From the human T2T-CHM13v2.0 reference genome, Homo sapiens, in NCBI RefSeq assembly GCF_009914755.1, contig NC_060925.1: 64,000 bases of DNA. The stretch is one strand, 5' to 3'. Shown here in pieces: positions 1 to 13,289 of this stretch. The position numbers and the translations under genes were made by a program. The notes under the pieces were generated by a model. The model was not told the DNA's origin and did not search any database. It saw nothing but the letters and a program-made list of their open reading frames with translations. Every line of letters begins with the position of its first letter. Position 1 is the stretch's first letter.

Positions 1-2268
1 TACCAGGGCAGAAAAACAGAACTAAAGACAAAAGCCACATGATTATCTCAATAGATGCGGAAAAGGTTTTCAATAAAATTTGACATACCTTCATGTTAAA
101 AACTCTCAATAAACTAGGTATTGAGGGAACATACCTCAAAATAATAACAGCCATGTATGACAAACCCAAACATCATACTGAATGGGCAAAAGCTTGAAGC
201 ATTCCCCATTGAAAAACAGCACAAGACAAGGATGAACTCTCTCACCACTCCTATTCAACCTAGTATTAAATTCTGGCCAGAGCAATCAGACAAGAAAAAG
301 AAATAAAGTGGATTCAAACAGGAAGAGAAGTAAGACTATTGCTGACTAGTCACCAGATGGCATGATCCAATGTCTAGAAAACCCCATTGTCTCAGTCCAA
401 AAGCTTCTTAAGCTGATAAGCAGCTTCAGCAAAGGCTCAGGATACAAAACTATTGTGCAAAAATCACTAGCAATCCTATACCCCAACAACAGTTAAGCTG
501 AGAGCCAAATCAAAAAAGAACTCCCATTCACAACTGCCACAGAAAGAATGAAATATCTAGGAATACAGCTAACAAGAGAAGTGAAAGAGCTCTGCAAGGA
601 GAACTACAAACTACTGCTCAAATAAATCAGAGATGACACAAACAAATGGAAAAATATTCCATACTCATGGATAGAAAGAATCAATATCATGAAAATGGCC
701 ATACCATCCAAAGCAATTTATATATTCAATGCTATTCCCATTGAACTACCAATGATGTTCTTCATAGAACTAGAAAAATCTATTTCAAAATTCATATGGA
801 ACCAAAAAAGACCCCAAAGAGCCAAGGTAATCCTAAGAAAAAAGAACAAAGCTGGAGGCATCACATTACCCAAGTTCAAATTATACTACAGGGCTACAGT
901 AACCAAAACAGCATGGTACTGGTACAAGAACAGAGACATAGATCAATGGAACAGAATAGGAAACCTAGAAATAAGACTGCACACCTACAACTATCTGATC
1001 TTTGACAATCCTGACAAAAACAAGCAATAGGGAAAGGATTCCCTATTCAATAAATGATGCTGGGATAACTGGCTAGCCATATGCAGAAAATTGAAACTGG
1101 ACCCCTTCCTTACACCATATACAAAAATCAACTCAAGATGAATTAAAGACTTACATGTAAAACCCAACACTATAAAAACCCTGGAAGAAAACTTAGGCAG
1201 TACCATTCAAGTCATAGGCACAGGCAAAGATTTCATGATGAAGACATCAAAAGCAATTGCAACAAAAGCAAAAATTGAAAAATGGGATCCAATTAAACTA
1301 GAGAGCTTCTGAACATCAAAATAAACTTCCAACAGAGTAAAAAGACAACCTACAGAATGGGAGAAAATTTTTGCAAATTATGCATCTAAAAAAGGTCTAA
1401 TATCTAGCATTTGTAAGAAACTTAAACAAATTTACCAAAAAAAAACAATTAAAAAGTGGGCAAAGGACATGAACAGACACTTCTCAAAAGAGGGCATACA
1501 TGCAGCCAACTAGCATATGATAAAAAAGCTCAACATCACTGATCATTAGAGAAATGCAAATCAAAACGAAAATGACATACTATCTCACACCAGTCAAAAT
1601 GGCTATTATTAAAAAGTCAAAAAATATTAGATGGTGGTGAGGTTGTGGAGAAAAAGGAACGCTTATACACTGTTGTGGGTTCAACCATTGTGAAAGACAG
1701 AGTGGTGATTCCTCAAAGACCTAAAGTCAGAACTACCATTCAACCCACCAATCCCATTACTGGGTATATACCCAAAGGAACATAAATCATTCTATTATAA
1801 AGACACATGTACACGTATATTCATTGCAGCACTATTCACAATAGCAAAGACATGGAATCAGCCTAAATGCCAATCAATTATAGACTGGATAAAGAAAATG
1901 TGGTACATATACACCATGGAATACTATGCAGCCATAAAAAAATGAAATCATGTCGTTTGCAGGGACATGGATGGAGCTGGAGGCCATTATCTTTAGCAAA
2001 CTAACACAGGAACAGAAAACCAAACACCACGTGTTCTCATTCATAACTGGGAGTTGAACATTGAGACCACATAGGCACATAGAGGGGAAAGACACATACT
2101 GGGGCCTACCTGAGGGTGGAGACTGGGAGGAGGAAGAGGATCAGAAGAAGTAACTAATGGATATGGGGTGTAATACCTGGGTACAACAAATCCCCATGAC
2201 ATGTGTTCACCTATATAACAAACCTGCACATCCTGCACATGTACCCCTGAACTTGAAATAAAAGTTTA
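1..2268 (+). mobile_element. LINE-1 3' portion (decayed ORF2 RT/C-terminal region plus 3'UTR), older L1PA type (about L1PA13-16), intronic and sense to PLPPR4
   Basis: ORF 689-1030 is L1 ORF2 ([19 protein letters not shown]...[17 protein letters not shown]), with frameshifts and stops around it. The L1 3' end cctgcacatgtacccctgaacttgaaataaaagtt carries AATAAA at 2257-2262. The element runs off the window start. Confidence 0.93.
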
Positions 2269-4752
2269 GATAGATAGATAGAGTTTATAATATATATAAA
2301 TTTTATATATATAGATGCTTTAAATGTATCATACTGTCACACCAGAAAGCGCTTATCCTAAAAGTGCTCAAAATTATTATAATTGATATATTTGAATTTG
2401 AGATAAATTACTTAACATACTACACAAATGATCATGCCTCTGTTATAAAAACTGTATTGATATGTAATCATTGAAACAATTTCCTTTGTATATATCTAGA
2501 AGTCTTTCTCCTCCAGGGTATTTTATCAAGTTGCTAGGAAAGCAAATTTAGTTGTGGCACTCCCTGCCAGCACTATTTATTTCATGTTGCTTCCTTTGCT
2601 GACACTGGTACATGTCCTGGGGACAATAACCTTGGTGTCATCACTGTGTGCCTGCTTGTGTTGACTCCTTCTCGTCCTATAATAAATTCTCAATATACAA
2701 GTTTGAGATGCTTTCTGAGAGATTTGGCATTAAAACTTTCTTTCTTGAGGCCTGAGAAATAAAAGGGAAAATACACCATGGCTCCCTTCCACCAGGCTGA
2801 CGTAGGAAGTCCAGTGCCAACTCCTTCCAGAAAGGTGCCACTCAATTCCTGCATCTCCACAGAACCTCCATAGCTGCTGCATGCCTCTTCGTGGAAGGAA
2901 AGGCAAACTACGGGACTATTTACACTTCAGGATCCCTGATTTCCCTATATCACTTCAGGATACTCCAAGATGACAGCAATTCTTTCCTACCACACTGGTT
3001 TTATAGGTTTTAGGTAACCAACTGGATGGTGAGACAGATTTGACTTTGCTGACATCAAACACTTTGTCACAGCTTTCTCTCCAAACATATACTATACTTC
3101 TAGATTTCACTCTACTTTCATTTTTTTTTCTTGGTTTTGAAGGCCTTCTCCCCAAACATACATTTTCTCAGCAGTGATCCTCCAGTGTCTGCAGTCATCT
3201 TGTTCTAGAACCATAATTCTATCTCGAATCTTCCTACATATACAGCTATGCTAACTCCTTTCCCTCTCTCTTCCTGAAAGTAAAAATAACAGGCTCTAAT
3301 TTCTGACTTCAAGGATGCCAGTTTCTTTTCTATCTTTAGGGTGGCATAAGCCTGTTCCAAAAATGGGGTCATGAGAGGGGGTAGGGAGGTAAGCAGAACT
3401 CTCCGTTTGGGAATGAGTGTCCAAAAGGACTTGTGTGAGGAGAGCTGACACCCGCCACGTGGAGTGGGGGTAAGGCAAAGCAAAACAAAAGGCCTCGCTT
3501 CAGCCAGATTCTCCAAAAGGACCTTCATATGAATAAAAAGATCGGCTGATTTGTATGCAGGAATTTAAATATGAATCATTCAGTATTTGCTTCCCAGATT
3601 TTTTTAATGCTTTGAGAGATGTTTAAAAATAACTTGTCTTTGTGATGTTATACATGGAAGTGGAAAAATGTATTTCATTTATGTGAAATGTATATTTTTA
3701 TTTTTCTGAAATTGCCCTTAAATTGAAAAATTTATTCCTTAATATTCAATTTTCATTTACTTTAGAGTGATAAAACAAGCATTCTGTTTTAGGTTCTTTG
3801 GAGATTATTTCTCAGAGAAAACAAGAAAGACTATTTGGGTTTATCACAAATCTTCATGAAGTCTATGTGAACAGAAAAAAAAGGGCGCTTTTTCTTCCTG
3901 GAAATACAATTTTATTACACATTGTTAAAGAATTAATATATCTAATTTTATAGAAGAATTCCATCAGAATTTAATTCTAGCTCCTGGAATAGCCTTAGCT
4001 TTAGGAGGCTACACAATCAATATGCAGAATATTAGACATGTTAGGGCTTCCAAAAAACATTCATTGAAAATTGAAACATTGAAGATACTATGATGAATAC
4101 TATAATAATTTTTGTTGTTTTGTTTTACAAGAAAGACTTTTTGGACTGTGAGTTCTCCCTATGATGACTGTTCCATGGCTAGGGTCCTTATAGTACTAAG
4201 AAATATATTTCCTCTCAAAATCTCCCCTGAAGTAGTCATTATAATATCTCCTCCCAAAACCTGTCCACAACAACAACAAATTGCGTCCTTTTCAGGGTTG
4301 GGTACGGCACAAAACAGAGATTGTGAAAAGATACTTGTTGTAAACTGTTTTCTGTTTACAAATGCAACAGCAACAAATAATTTTCTTATCAGAACCTAAA
4401 TTCTGACACCATACCTCAGTACAACACTGTGCCATTCAAAAAAAAAAAAGGAGAAATAAGCTGGGCATTTGGAAACGCACTGGGAAACATCTCCCTATAC
4501 CCTGAGGAGACCTATCTTTATGCCAAATTGAATTATTTTGAAAACTCGTGAATGACATTAGCTGAGGTTAAGTGACAGAAGTGAGTGTGAGGAGAAAATT
4601 AATGTCCTGTTTAATGAGAGGGATGGTTGGGTGATGTCAGAATACTGACAAGAAACCTCTATCCATATTACATGGTCTAGACAAATAAGTATTGATGCAT
4701 TTTCTTTGCATATGAGTTTTGAACATATTCAAACAACTAAAATAAAACTCTT

Positions 4753-5072
<320 letters not shown>

Positions 5073-6109
5073 TCAAGCTCATTTGAGATAATGACTATTG
5101 TATTGTATGACAAAACACACTTTTCTATACAGATAAATTCTTATGTAATTCAACACTCATGGACAAGATGTAATCATTACAAATATAATTATACAGAGAG
5201 AAAAAAAATTATTCACAGAATTTTTATTGAAGAAGTGAAGGTGAAATTAACCTCTTTTAGCTGAATACAATACATTTCAAGAATAAGTGGTTAATTTTCT
5301 GGAAATGATGAATTTGAGGTAGCAGTTATATTATTCTGTGTAATTGTTGTACTATGTTGTATCTGTCTACACAGAGTATAGAACCTATTGAATTTCTATG
5401 TCTAACTTGAAGTGCTAATGTAGGACTATATTTTTCAAAAAGTATAAATGGTTAACTCAGCATCCAATGGTTTGAAATGAATTACTTTTGATTATTTCTA
5501 TAATGATTGATCTTAAAATAGTTTATTATGCCACATGATTTTCACACATATGGTTATAGGTAGAGTTCTACTATGATAATTACTCTTTAAATTTTTAATA
5601 CAAAGTAAGATTCTCTATAATTAAACATGTACCATATTCCCTACAGAAGTAAATATAGCAATTTAAGCATTCAAAGCAGAAGGCCATAGGCTTGCTGTCA
5701 TTAGATTTTTTAAAAAAAACTATAATTTTGAACACTTCATAAAATAAATGTTAAGCTAGTAATGACAACTGAGAGGTTTTCTATGGAAAACCTGTTTCAG
5801 TCCAAATCAGGTTTATAGTATTTACAGTGACATGATTAGTTGTATTTAACAGACTGTTAGTATCTCATTTAAGAGACTGCTTGTATCTCATTAATTGTAC
5901 TTTCCTCAGCTCCACGCATTTATAGCAAATCAATATTTAATTTCACAACAATCTTTTAGGCACAATTATCTCAAATATTTGAAAGACTTTTTCATGAATA
6001 AAATGGATAATTTTAAATCTTGCTTCTGTTGTACAGAATAATTGACAACCCAACGGCCTAAGGTAGTTAGCAAATGTGAGTCCCACAGTAAAAGCCAAAA
6101 ATGCAATTC

Positions 6110-6340
6110 TCACCGTGCCAGGCACTGTGCTTGACAAGTGAAGGTGAAAGGTAAATAAGAAATGGTTCTTCCCTCAGAGGGCCCTAGTCTAGTGAGAGAC
6201 AGCCAAATGAACAATTTCATAAAGCTATGCTAGAGGGAAGGATAAGATGCTAAGGGAGCCACATAGACGGAGATGTGATTCAATTTAGGGTACAGTAAGA
6301 GGTTTCAAAGAAAACTTACTGAGGGAAATCATGCCTAAAT
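6110..6340 (-). mobile_element. L2 3' fragment
   Basis: gtgccaggcactgtgcttg...ctagtctagtgagagacag resembles the reverse complement of the L2 3' end; heavily diverged. Confidence 0.55.
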
Positions 6341-6514
6341 CATACTGAGTTCCTTCATTGATCTCACAGGTCCTAAAATCCTGCAGCAAAGTGCCATGTT
6401 CCTTATCTTAAGAGAGTCCTCTTGATACTACTGTATGACATTGTGAATACATTGTTTAGATGTCTATATCTAGGAAATACTACCCTTCTGACCTAGATTC
6501 TCTTGTAATCTTCA

Positions 6515-6745
6515 TTCTCTGATAAGATAGCCACTAGCCACCTGTGGCCACTTCATTTTATATTTAAGTGTATTTAATTTTTAAATAATTAATACAATGG
6601 CATAAGATTAAAAATTCAGCTACTCATTTGCAGTAGCTATATTTCAAGTGATCAATACCTACATATGGGTAGTGGCTACTGTACTGGACAGTGCAAAGTA
6701 TAGTTCCATCATTGCAGAAATATTTATGGGACAGCTATGCTATAG
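6515..6745. mobile_element. MER3/MER33-like hAT-Charlie DNA transposon remnant
   Basis: Internal inverted motifs tagccactagccacctgtgg and catatgggtagtggctactgtactggacag; ends ccatcattgcagaaa...ggacagc. Confidence 0.6.
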
Positions 6746-7077
6746 AAAGCACCTTTCTACACTCACATACTTTCCATGGATTGATCCTTCTGCTCAATCC
6801 CAAATTGATTTATGGACCTAATCTGCTGGTAAAATGTTCCAGTACATGAGAGTCCAGAAGACCCTACAAAATCTCATTAGAGTGGCCTGATTACTTACTT
6901 CTCACTGCTTGATCAAATTCTCAGAAGAAATTGCTGTGCCTCTACAGCTTTTAAGAAAATTTACATCTTTACTTTATTGAATTGATATGTTAAAAAGTGA
7001 TATATAATTCCTTTATACCTGTTGGCTTAATAGGTATTCCAACATGCCTCTTCCTGAATACCCTTCTATCTTTGCAG

Positions 7078-7207
7078 ATTATGGTAGGAGAAGGAATTCT
7101 CTACTGTTGCCTCTCCAAAAGAAGAAATGGGGTCGGACTAGAGCCCAACATTAATGCTGGAGGCTGCAACTTCAATTCCTTCCTCAGACGAGCTGTCAGA
7201 TTCGTTG
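7078..7207 (+). CDS. PLPPR4: PLPPR4 internal coding exon (130 nt, phase 0 to 1): [43 protein letters not shown](G)
   Basis: Acceptor tctatctttgcag| at 7077 and donor |gtgggt at 7208; the peptide is a PLPPR-family TM2/loop sequence and the phase joins the next exon. Confidence 0.95.
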
Positions 7208-9374
7208 GTGGGTGTGGGGAACCACAAAGAAAAGAAATGCTTTTTTTTTTATATTGAAATGTTATATTTAATTATAGATATTAAGTCTCGTACGCTATAA
7301 TTTAGATGTATAATTTCAGTACATGATGAGTTTTATATTGTACAAGAAACTGTTAAAACACCAAAATTTGGGTTTTGTATCTGAAATGTGTTATTTACAG
7401 TTGTAGCCCTTGTTTTGAGAGCTAATATGCCATGTGTTTCAATTTATTTTTGCCTTAGCTCTGGTTGAAGTATGAATTTATTTTAAAATGGTTTCACTGG
7501 ATCTGTGGTCAGTTTTTCAAAATGGAGAACAAACGTCAGCAGGCCAGAATGAATAGACAACTCTTCAGAAATTACTTTAGCCACATTAATGATTCCATTT
7601 CAATTGTCCTGGAGTGTTTCCATCCAGAAGTTACTACACTTTGAAATGTCACTATTGAGTACTGCATCATGGCCATTTTTCCTTGGTTGTAGCCCCTAAT
7701 GTTACCTTTCATCTTTTATGAGACCTATAGAAAATCTATAGACCTGGCTACCAGCATCTGAATCAAACCAGTTTTCAAACCTTCATCTCTTCTGCTTAGC
7801 ATTGGACCATCCTAATGTTGTTCCAGTCATAGGTCTTTTATTTTTTTAATATAGTTGAATAGTCACACACAATACATCACACTAACCTGAATGTTTTCTA
7901 TTCATTCCCAATAAGTCCGCATAAAGTTATTTTTACCTGTAACATGTAAGCTCAAAATAATTGATGGCTTTGCTTAATCCCTAGTAGATAATTATACACA
8001 AATTTCTTTCCCACAAGAGGAAAAATCAGGTCTAACTCATGCCCCAGACTCTGCTCCACTAAGCATTTTCTTACCATCACATTGAGATGATAAGAAAACA
8101 ATAGACAGCTTAACAGCATCGCAAACTCAGGCAAGGAAATAAAACTCCAGGACATGTAGCTGCACACAGAGAAAATATTCCCTAATGTAACAAAATACTC
8201 TGGACAAAGGGCCACATACCCTCTCTCGACTGGAAGGATGATCCATTCTACCCTAGAGAACAATGTTCCAGAGCCTGCATCAGCGACAGGTCTAGAAAGT
8301 CCATTATCCAAAGGAAAAAGTAAGTCTTTGCATGCTTCTAGGAATTAGAATGTAGAAATAAAGTTTCTGTGTCATGAATCCCAGGTGTGTGGGTGGAGAA
8401 GCAATTGGAGGAATGGTGGTTAGGTGACAGTAAGCAGTGAAGAAAAATGTAAAACAGGGTAATGTGCAAGCCAGCACTCTTGGTCTGGAGGCGGTGACTG
8501 AAGAATTACCCTGGTCCTCTCATAATGATTTCTATGAGCAACTCATGAATCAGAATGCAAGCTGTCAAGTCAGAATGAATCTAGGGTGACAAGAAAACCT
8601 AGAGTGAGAAAGTTCCAGATCATGTGCCTGTGAGCAGAGAGCTGGACTCCCAAAGATAAGGCCAAGCAAACAACTTCAAGCAGGCATGGAGTTTGCATGT
8701 ACAAGTGCAAGGATTTTTTTATTTCATGGTTTAAAATTGGTCCTAGGAGAAACAGAAAAAATAATTTGGACCAAGATATGTAAGAACATCGTGTCCAAAT
8801 TCCAAACACACACGTGGGCTCCCCACATTCGTGTACCTAGGATACGATTGTCATTTCCACGTTAGGGCCTGTCTGACTTCTTCTCTGTTTTAATTAGCAT
8901 TCCTAGTATGATCACAGCTTGAAGAGAATTAGAATGGATTCTGTAGGGTGTGATAACTGTGGCTAGTGTTAGAGACCATCAGGGAGAAATAACCCTGGCA
9001 ACTTAAAAATGCTAAGCAAATTAAAACTACTTTAAATTTTTCTTCATTCCACACATGTCGTCGCTCTCAAATAATACCTTAGCATGCTCCAAGTGTCTTG
9101 ACAAGTGACTTACAGTTAATGTTAAGAATTGGCACTTTATCACCAAATTAACAAAAGTGCCTAAAGTTACTACTTTGGAGATACTCATTGCCTTTATTTT
9201 GGACTTAAGTATCTGTTTAGAAGTTTAGGAATTTTCTATACTGTCTTCTTGAAATCAACTTAGAGAAAATGAACACAATAGATTTTAAGATCTTAATTCA
9301 CTAATGTTTAATGAATATGTTTGATGCTGACACAACCACCAACTTGGTAACAATTTCTTTCATTTTGCCTATAG

Positions 9375-9570
9375 GTGTTCATGTATTTGGATTATGCTCT
9401 ACAGCTCTCATTACAGATATCATACAGCTGTCCACAGGATATCAAGCACCTTACTTTCTGACTGTGTGCAAACCAAACTATACCTCTCTGAATGTATCTT
9501 GCAAAGAAAATTCCTACATTGTGGAAGATATTTGCTCAGGATCTGACCTCACAGTTATCAACAGTGGCAG
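9375..9570 (+). CDS. PLPPR4: PLPPR4 coding exon (196 nt, phase 1 to 2): (G)[64 protein letters not shown](R)
   Basis: Acceptor ttttgcctatag| and donor |gttaga; contains the degenerate PAP2/LPP C1 motif, FLTVCKP, and N-glycosylation sequons NYT and NVS. Confidence 0.96.
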
Positions 9571-11248
9571 GTTAGAAACAGATCTAAAAACACTCTGCAT
9601 CATTGTTTTCATTATTCAATTGCTGCTTGGAGTATCACTTTAAGCATGCCTCTTTCAGTCATAATGATTTTGTTTTTATTTTTCTTTTCAATTCAATGAT
9701 CTCTTCAATTACTAAACCATAGAAACTCATTGGGGGCTTATTCCAAATTCTTCTCTATGTCTCCAAATTTCAGCCTCACATTTTTGCTACTAGTCCCTAT
9801 TTCACCAAACTCCACCATGTTTTGTGATCAATCCTATACTCATTATGGTTTTAGGTTACTATAAATGGTTTATTTCAGAATATTTACAGTCAGTCATGGC
9901 TGGCAGTCAATATAACTCTTGTACTGGTTTAAAAACTAAACACATATGAAAGTTATATCTCCATTATATGTTCCATAAAAAAAATGTGAATTTTCCTTTT
10001 TGTAAAGTTTGAGGAGGGGTAACATCTAAGATTGCATATGTTTTCTTTGAATCAGATCTAACTCATGCCCCAGACTCTGTGACATAATTTCATTCATTCT
10101 TTGAATGAACCCGGGTGTGCATAGCTTCTGGCCTTACATGTCAGAAAATAAAGGAAACTCAAGAAATTACCAATGCATTACATTTCTTAATAAATAAAGC
10201 AAAAATAAACTTACATGACAAGAGATAGTAGTTTACAGTCTCAAAAGAAATAAATTGCAGAGGGATAAGGGCCAATCAATTATTGAAAGAATTGAATTTT
10301 CCATTCAATAAGTTGCCAAATATTGACTAAAGAGTCAAAAATAAGTTAATAGGTACACCTGAATAATTAAAGCCTGATGTTATGTGATTATACACATTAA
10401 GGTTCTCATGTATCATTCAATAATTTTGGATCTACAGTCAAGACCTATGTCCTCTATTTTTTTCTCAGTCCTATTACATTAACTTATCTCTGTTGAATGG
10501 GGATCTTGTTTATCATGGTACCAAATAATTAGGAAGGCACTAATTTAAGTGAATTTTATTTTTTCTAATTTTTTAATTCATTGAAACAAATCTCTATTCT
10601 TCTTTTGCCTGCCCTTTTCAGAGTCTCTTCACTATCTTTGCCTGCTCTTTAAACTATTTAAATAAGATGATCTATAATTCTTGAGATGAAATTATTGTAA
10701 AGTGTACTACATTTTGTTAATTTTGTAGAGAAACATTTTGTTAAAATTAGACTTTTCTTATGCTTTCTAGAGTATTAACAAAACACATTTAGATCCAATG
10801 CCATGAGAAAATAACTTCATTTTTTAAAATTTTTATGTAAATAAAACAATGTGTTTAGGAGCATAGAAAAAGTTTAAAGCTTTAAACCCCTAGGTTTTAT
10901 GAGCTGTTACTTAGAACTGGTATAATTCTTACACCAAAGAACAATGATGTTTTCCAATCCATTTTTACTTCAACCATCCTTCTAGTGATGTAATGAAGTG
11001 GCCCCTTGCCAAGCTAGCAGTTTTTTATACTGGAAAGTACATCACTACTATTTGTTAATATTAATGGTGATTAGCAGCATTTATTTTATCACTAAGGTCT
11101 TTCACCAGAAAGCTGGACAGAAGGTAAAATTATTGCTTATTGCCTTGTGACTTTTAAGTTGAACATTTTAACCACTCAGTGTCTTTGAGATGATTGCTAG
11201 CAGTGTATCTGAACTACAAGGCATAATTTGACTATCTTCTTTTGGCAG

Positions 11249-11306
11249 AAAGTCCTTCCCTTCTCAACATGCAACCCTTGCTGCCTTTGCAGCTGTGTAT
11301 GTTTCG
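11249..11306 (+). CDS. PLPPR4: PLPPR4 coding exon (58 nt, phase 2 to 0): (R)KSFPSQHATLAAFAAVYVS
   Basis: Acceptor cttcttttggcag| and donor |gtaagt; SFPSQH is the C2 motif (PSGH in active LPPs). The exon is too short to appear in the ORF track. Confidence 0.96.
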
Positions 11307-11637
11307 GTAAGTAACTGGTTCTTTTTTGTTAAGTTGTGTTCTACAGAAAATCTGAGGAATGAATGTTGTCTCCAGGTGACTAATTGGATGATATAACCAT
11401 GTAATAACAGAATGGTAAATTTAGCACTGCAGCCTTTCAATACAATGGCATCCAAAGCAGAAATCAAACACTACTATAAAAAATAGTACAGTAAAAGAAT
11501 TTTTCTACACAGTTATAATAGTATTTATTTATTCTGGTATCCCTTTAATATTATACTTCATAGGAGGATATTGTGAATTATAGGAATGTTACAAAACTTG
11601 AAAGAATCACAATAAGTACCCACAAAGACATACAACG

Positions 11638-11659
11638 TGCACACACACACACACACACA
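11638..11659. repeat. (CA)n microsatellite
   Basis: cacacacacacacacacaca run. Confidence 0.9.
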
Positions 11660-12063
11660 TACGCTACTTTAGTATTTCTGTAACAATAAGTTTTAGGTCA
11701 GTGTAAATTTAGAAATGTTGTACAATGAATAGTCATTTTATCTAATTTGTACAATAGTCCGTGAAGTCTTTCCTGAGAAAAATGAGCGAAATTATACGAC
11801 AAGTAACATGGAGACTAAACAGTTAAATGGTTAACTCTACTGTTTTGGTATTTTTCCAACTTTCATGTAATTAATTTGTTATTTATTTGATAAATTTCAT
11901 CATGCATATCCCTTCTTGGCAGGCACAGAACATAGCCATAGGAAGAGGGGGTGAAACAGTAAAACTGAAGTCAATTGTATCAGACTTTTAACTTTTATTT
12001 GATTATAATTTACTAATAAAATGGCCTTTCTAACATACTTAACCCATTTCTTCCATTTTTAAG

Positions 12064-12237
12064 ATGTACTTCAATTCCACATTAACGGATTCCTCTAAGC
12101 TTCTGAAACCTCTCTTGGTCTTCACATTTATCATCTGTGGAATAATCTGCGGGCTAACACGGATAACTCAGTATAAGAACCACCCAGTTGATGTCTATTG
12201 TGGCTTTTTAATAGGAGGAGGAATTGCACTGTACTTG
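12064..12237 (+). CDS. PLPPR4: PLPPR4 coding exon (174 nt, phase 0 to 0): [58 protein letters not shown]
   Basis: Acceptor ttccatttttaag| and donor |gtaaat; encodes TM5, the degenerate C3 motif [12 protein letters not shown], and TM6. Confidence 0.96.
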
Positions 12238-12845
12238 GTAAATAAGTTACTATTATCTTATAAGCCAAAGTTTAAAATGGAAAACATGCATAGAATATTT
12301 TGCACTATAATAGCTTCCTTGCGATATATTTTATATAAATGAGAAAATCTCTGGCCGCATCTCCATTCTATGCCAAAACACATATCTCACTTTCAACAAA
12401 ATCATTTATTGAACTCTTACTATGAGCCAGAAATTGTAATTTTAGAAAGATTTCTGAATTTTGTCTTTATGCCAACCAAACAGGAGGTGGGCAGGGACTA
12501 CTATTACTACTATAATTATAATGCTACAGATGAGGAAAGTGATTATTGCCAAAAGTAAGGTTAGTGAAAGCAAAAATTTAGTTAAAGGTTATATAACTTG
12601 CCCCACACCACAAATTTAGCACCTGAATGTAACTGTGATCCAACTAATACTGACTTCTTTAACACTACTCTTTTTTCAAGCCTGGTCCCCCTCTAAGGGA
12701 AATATCCTCAGCATAAGGAAACTGAGATTGTCCATTTCATTTTGTCATGCATGCATGCATTCATGCATTTTACATTTATTCAATATCTATTCCGTGCCAG
12801 GGATTATACTGAACATTGTAACACTGAGAAATGAGATGTATTCTT

Positions 12846-13289
12846 TTTTTTATTATTATTATTATTATACTTTAAGTTTTAGGGTACATGTGCACAATGT
12901 GCAAGTTAGTTACATATGTATACATGTGTCATGCTGGTGTGCTGCACCCATTAACTCGTCATTTAGCATTAGGTATATCTCCTAAAGCTATCCCTCCCCC
13001 CTCCCCCCACCCCACAACAGTCTCCAGAGTGTGATGTTCCCCTTCCTGTGTCCATGTGTTCTCATTGTTCAATTCCCATCTATGAGTGAGAACATGCGGT
13101 GTTTGGTTTTTTGTCTTTGTGATAGTTTACTGAGAATGATGATTTCCAATTTCATCCATGTCCCTACAAAGGACATGAACTCATCATTTTTTATGGCTGC
13201 ATAGTATTCCATGGTGTATATGTGCCACATTTTCTTAATCCAGTCTATCATTGTTGGACATTTGGGTTGGTTCCAAGTCTTTGCTATTG
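12846..13289 (-). mobile_element. 5'-truncated L1PA (3' end, ~440 bp) with 14-bp TSD, inserted into an L2 remnant in the last PLPPR4 intron
   Basis: (TTA)n/T tail followed by tatactttaagttttagggtacatgtgcac; TSD tgagatgtattctt at 12832-12845 and 13288-13301. Confidence 0.95.

Noticed and set aside
6997-12342. ORF-track extensions of PLPPR4 exons into introns (6997-7257, 9311-9643, 12064-12342)
   Set aside because: The real boundaries are set by AG/GT sites and phase continuity; the extensions are AT-rich intronic sequence without family similarity.
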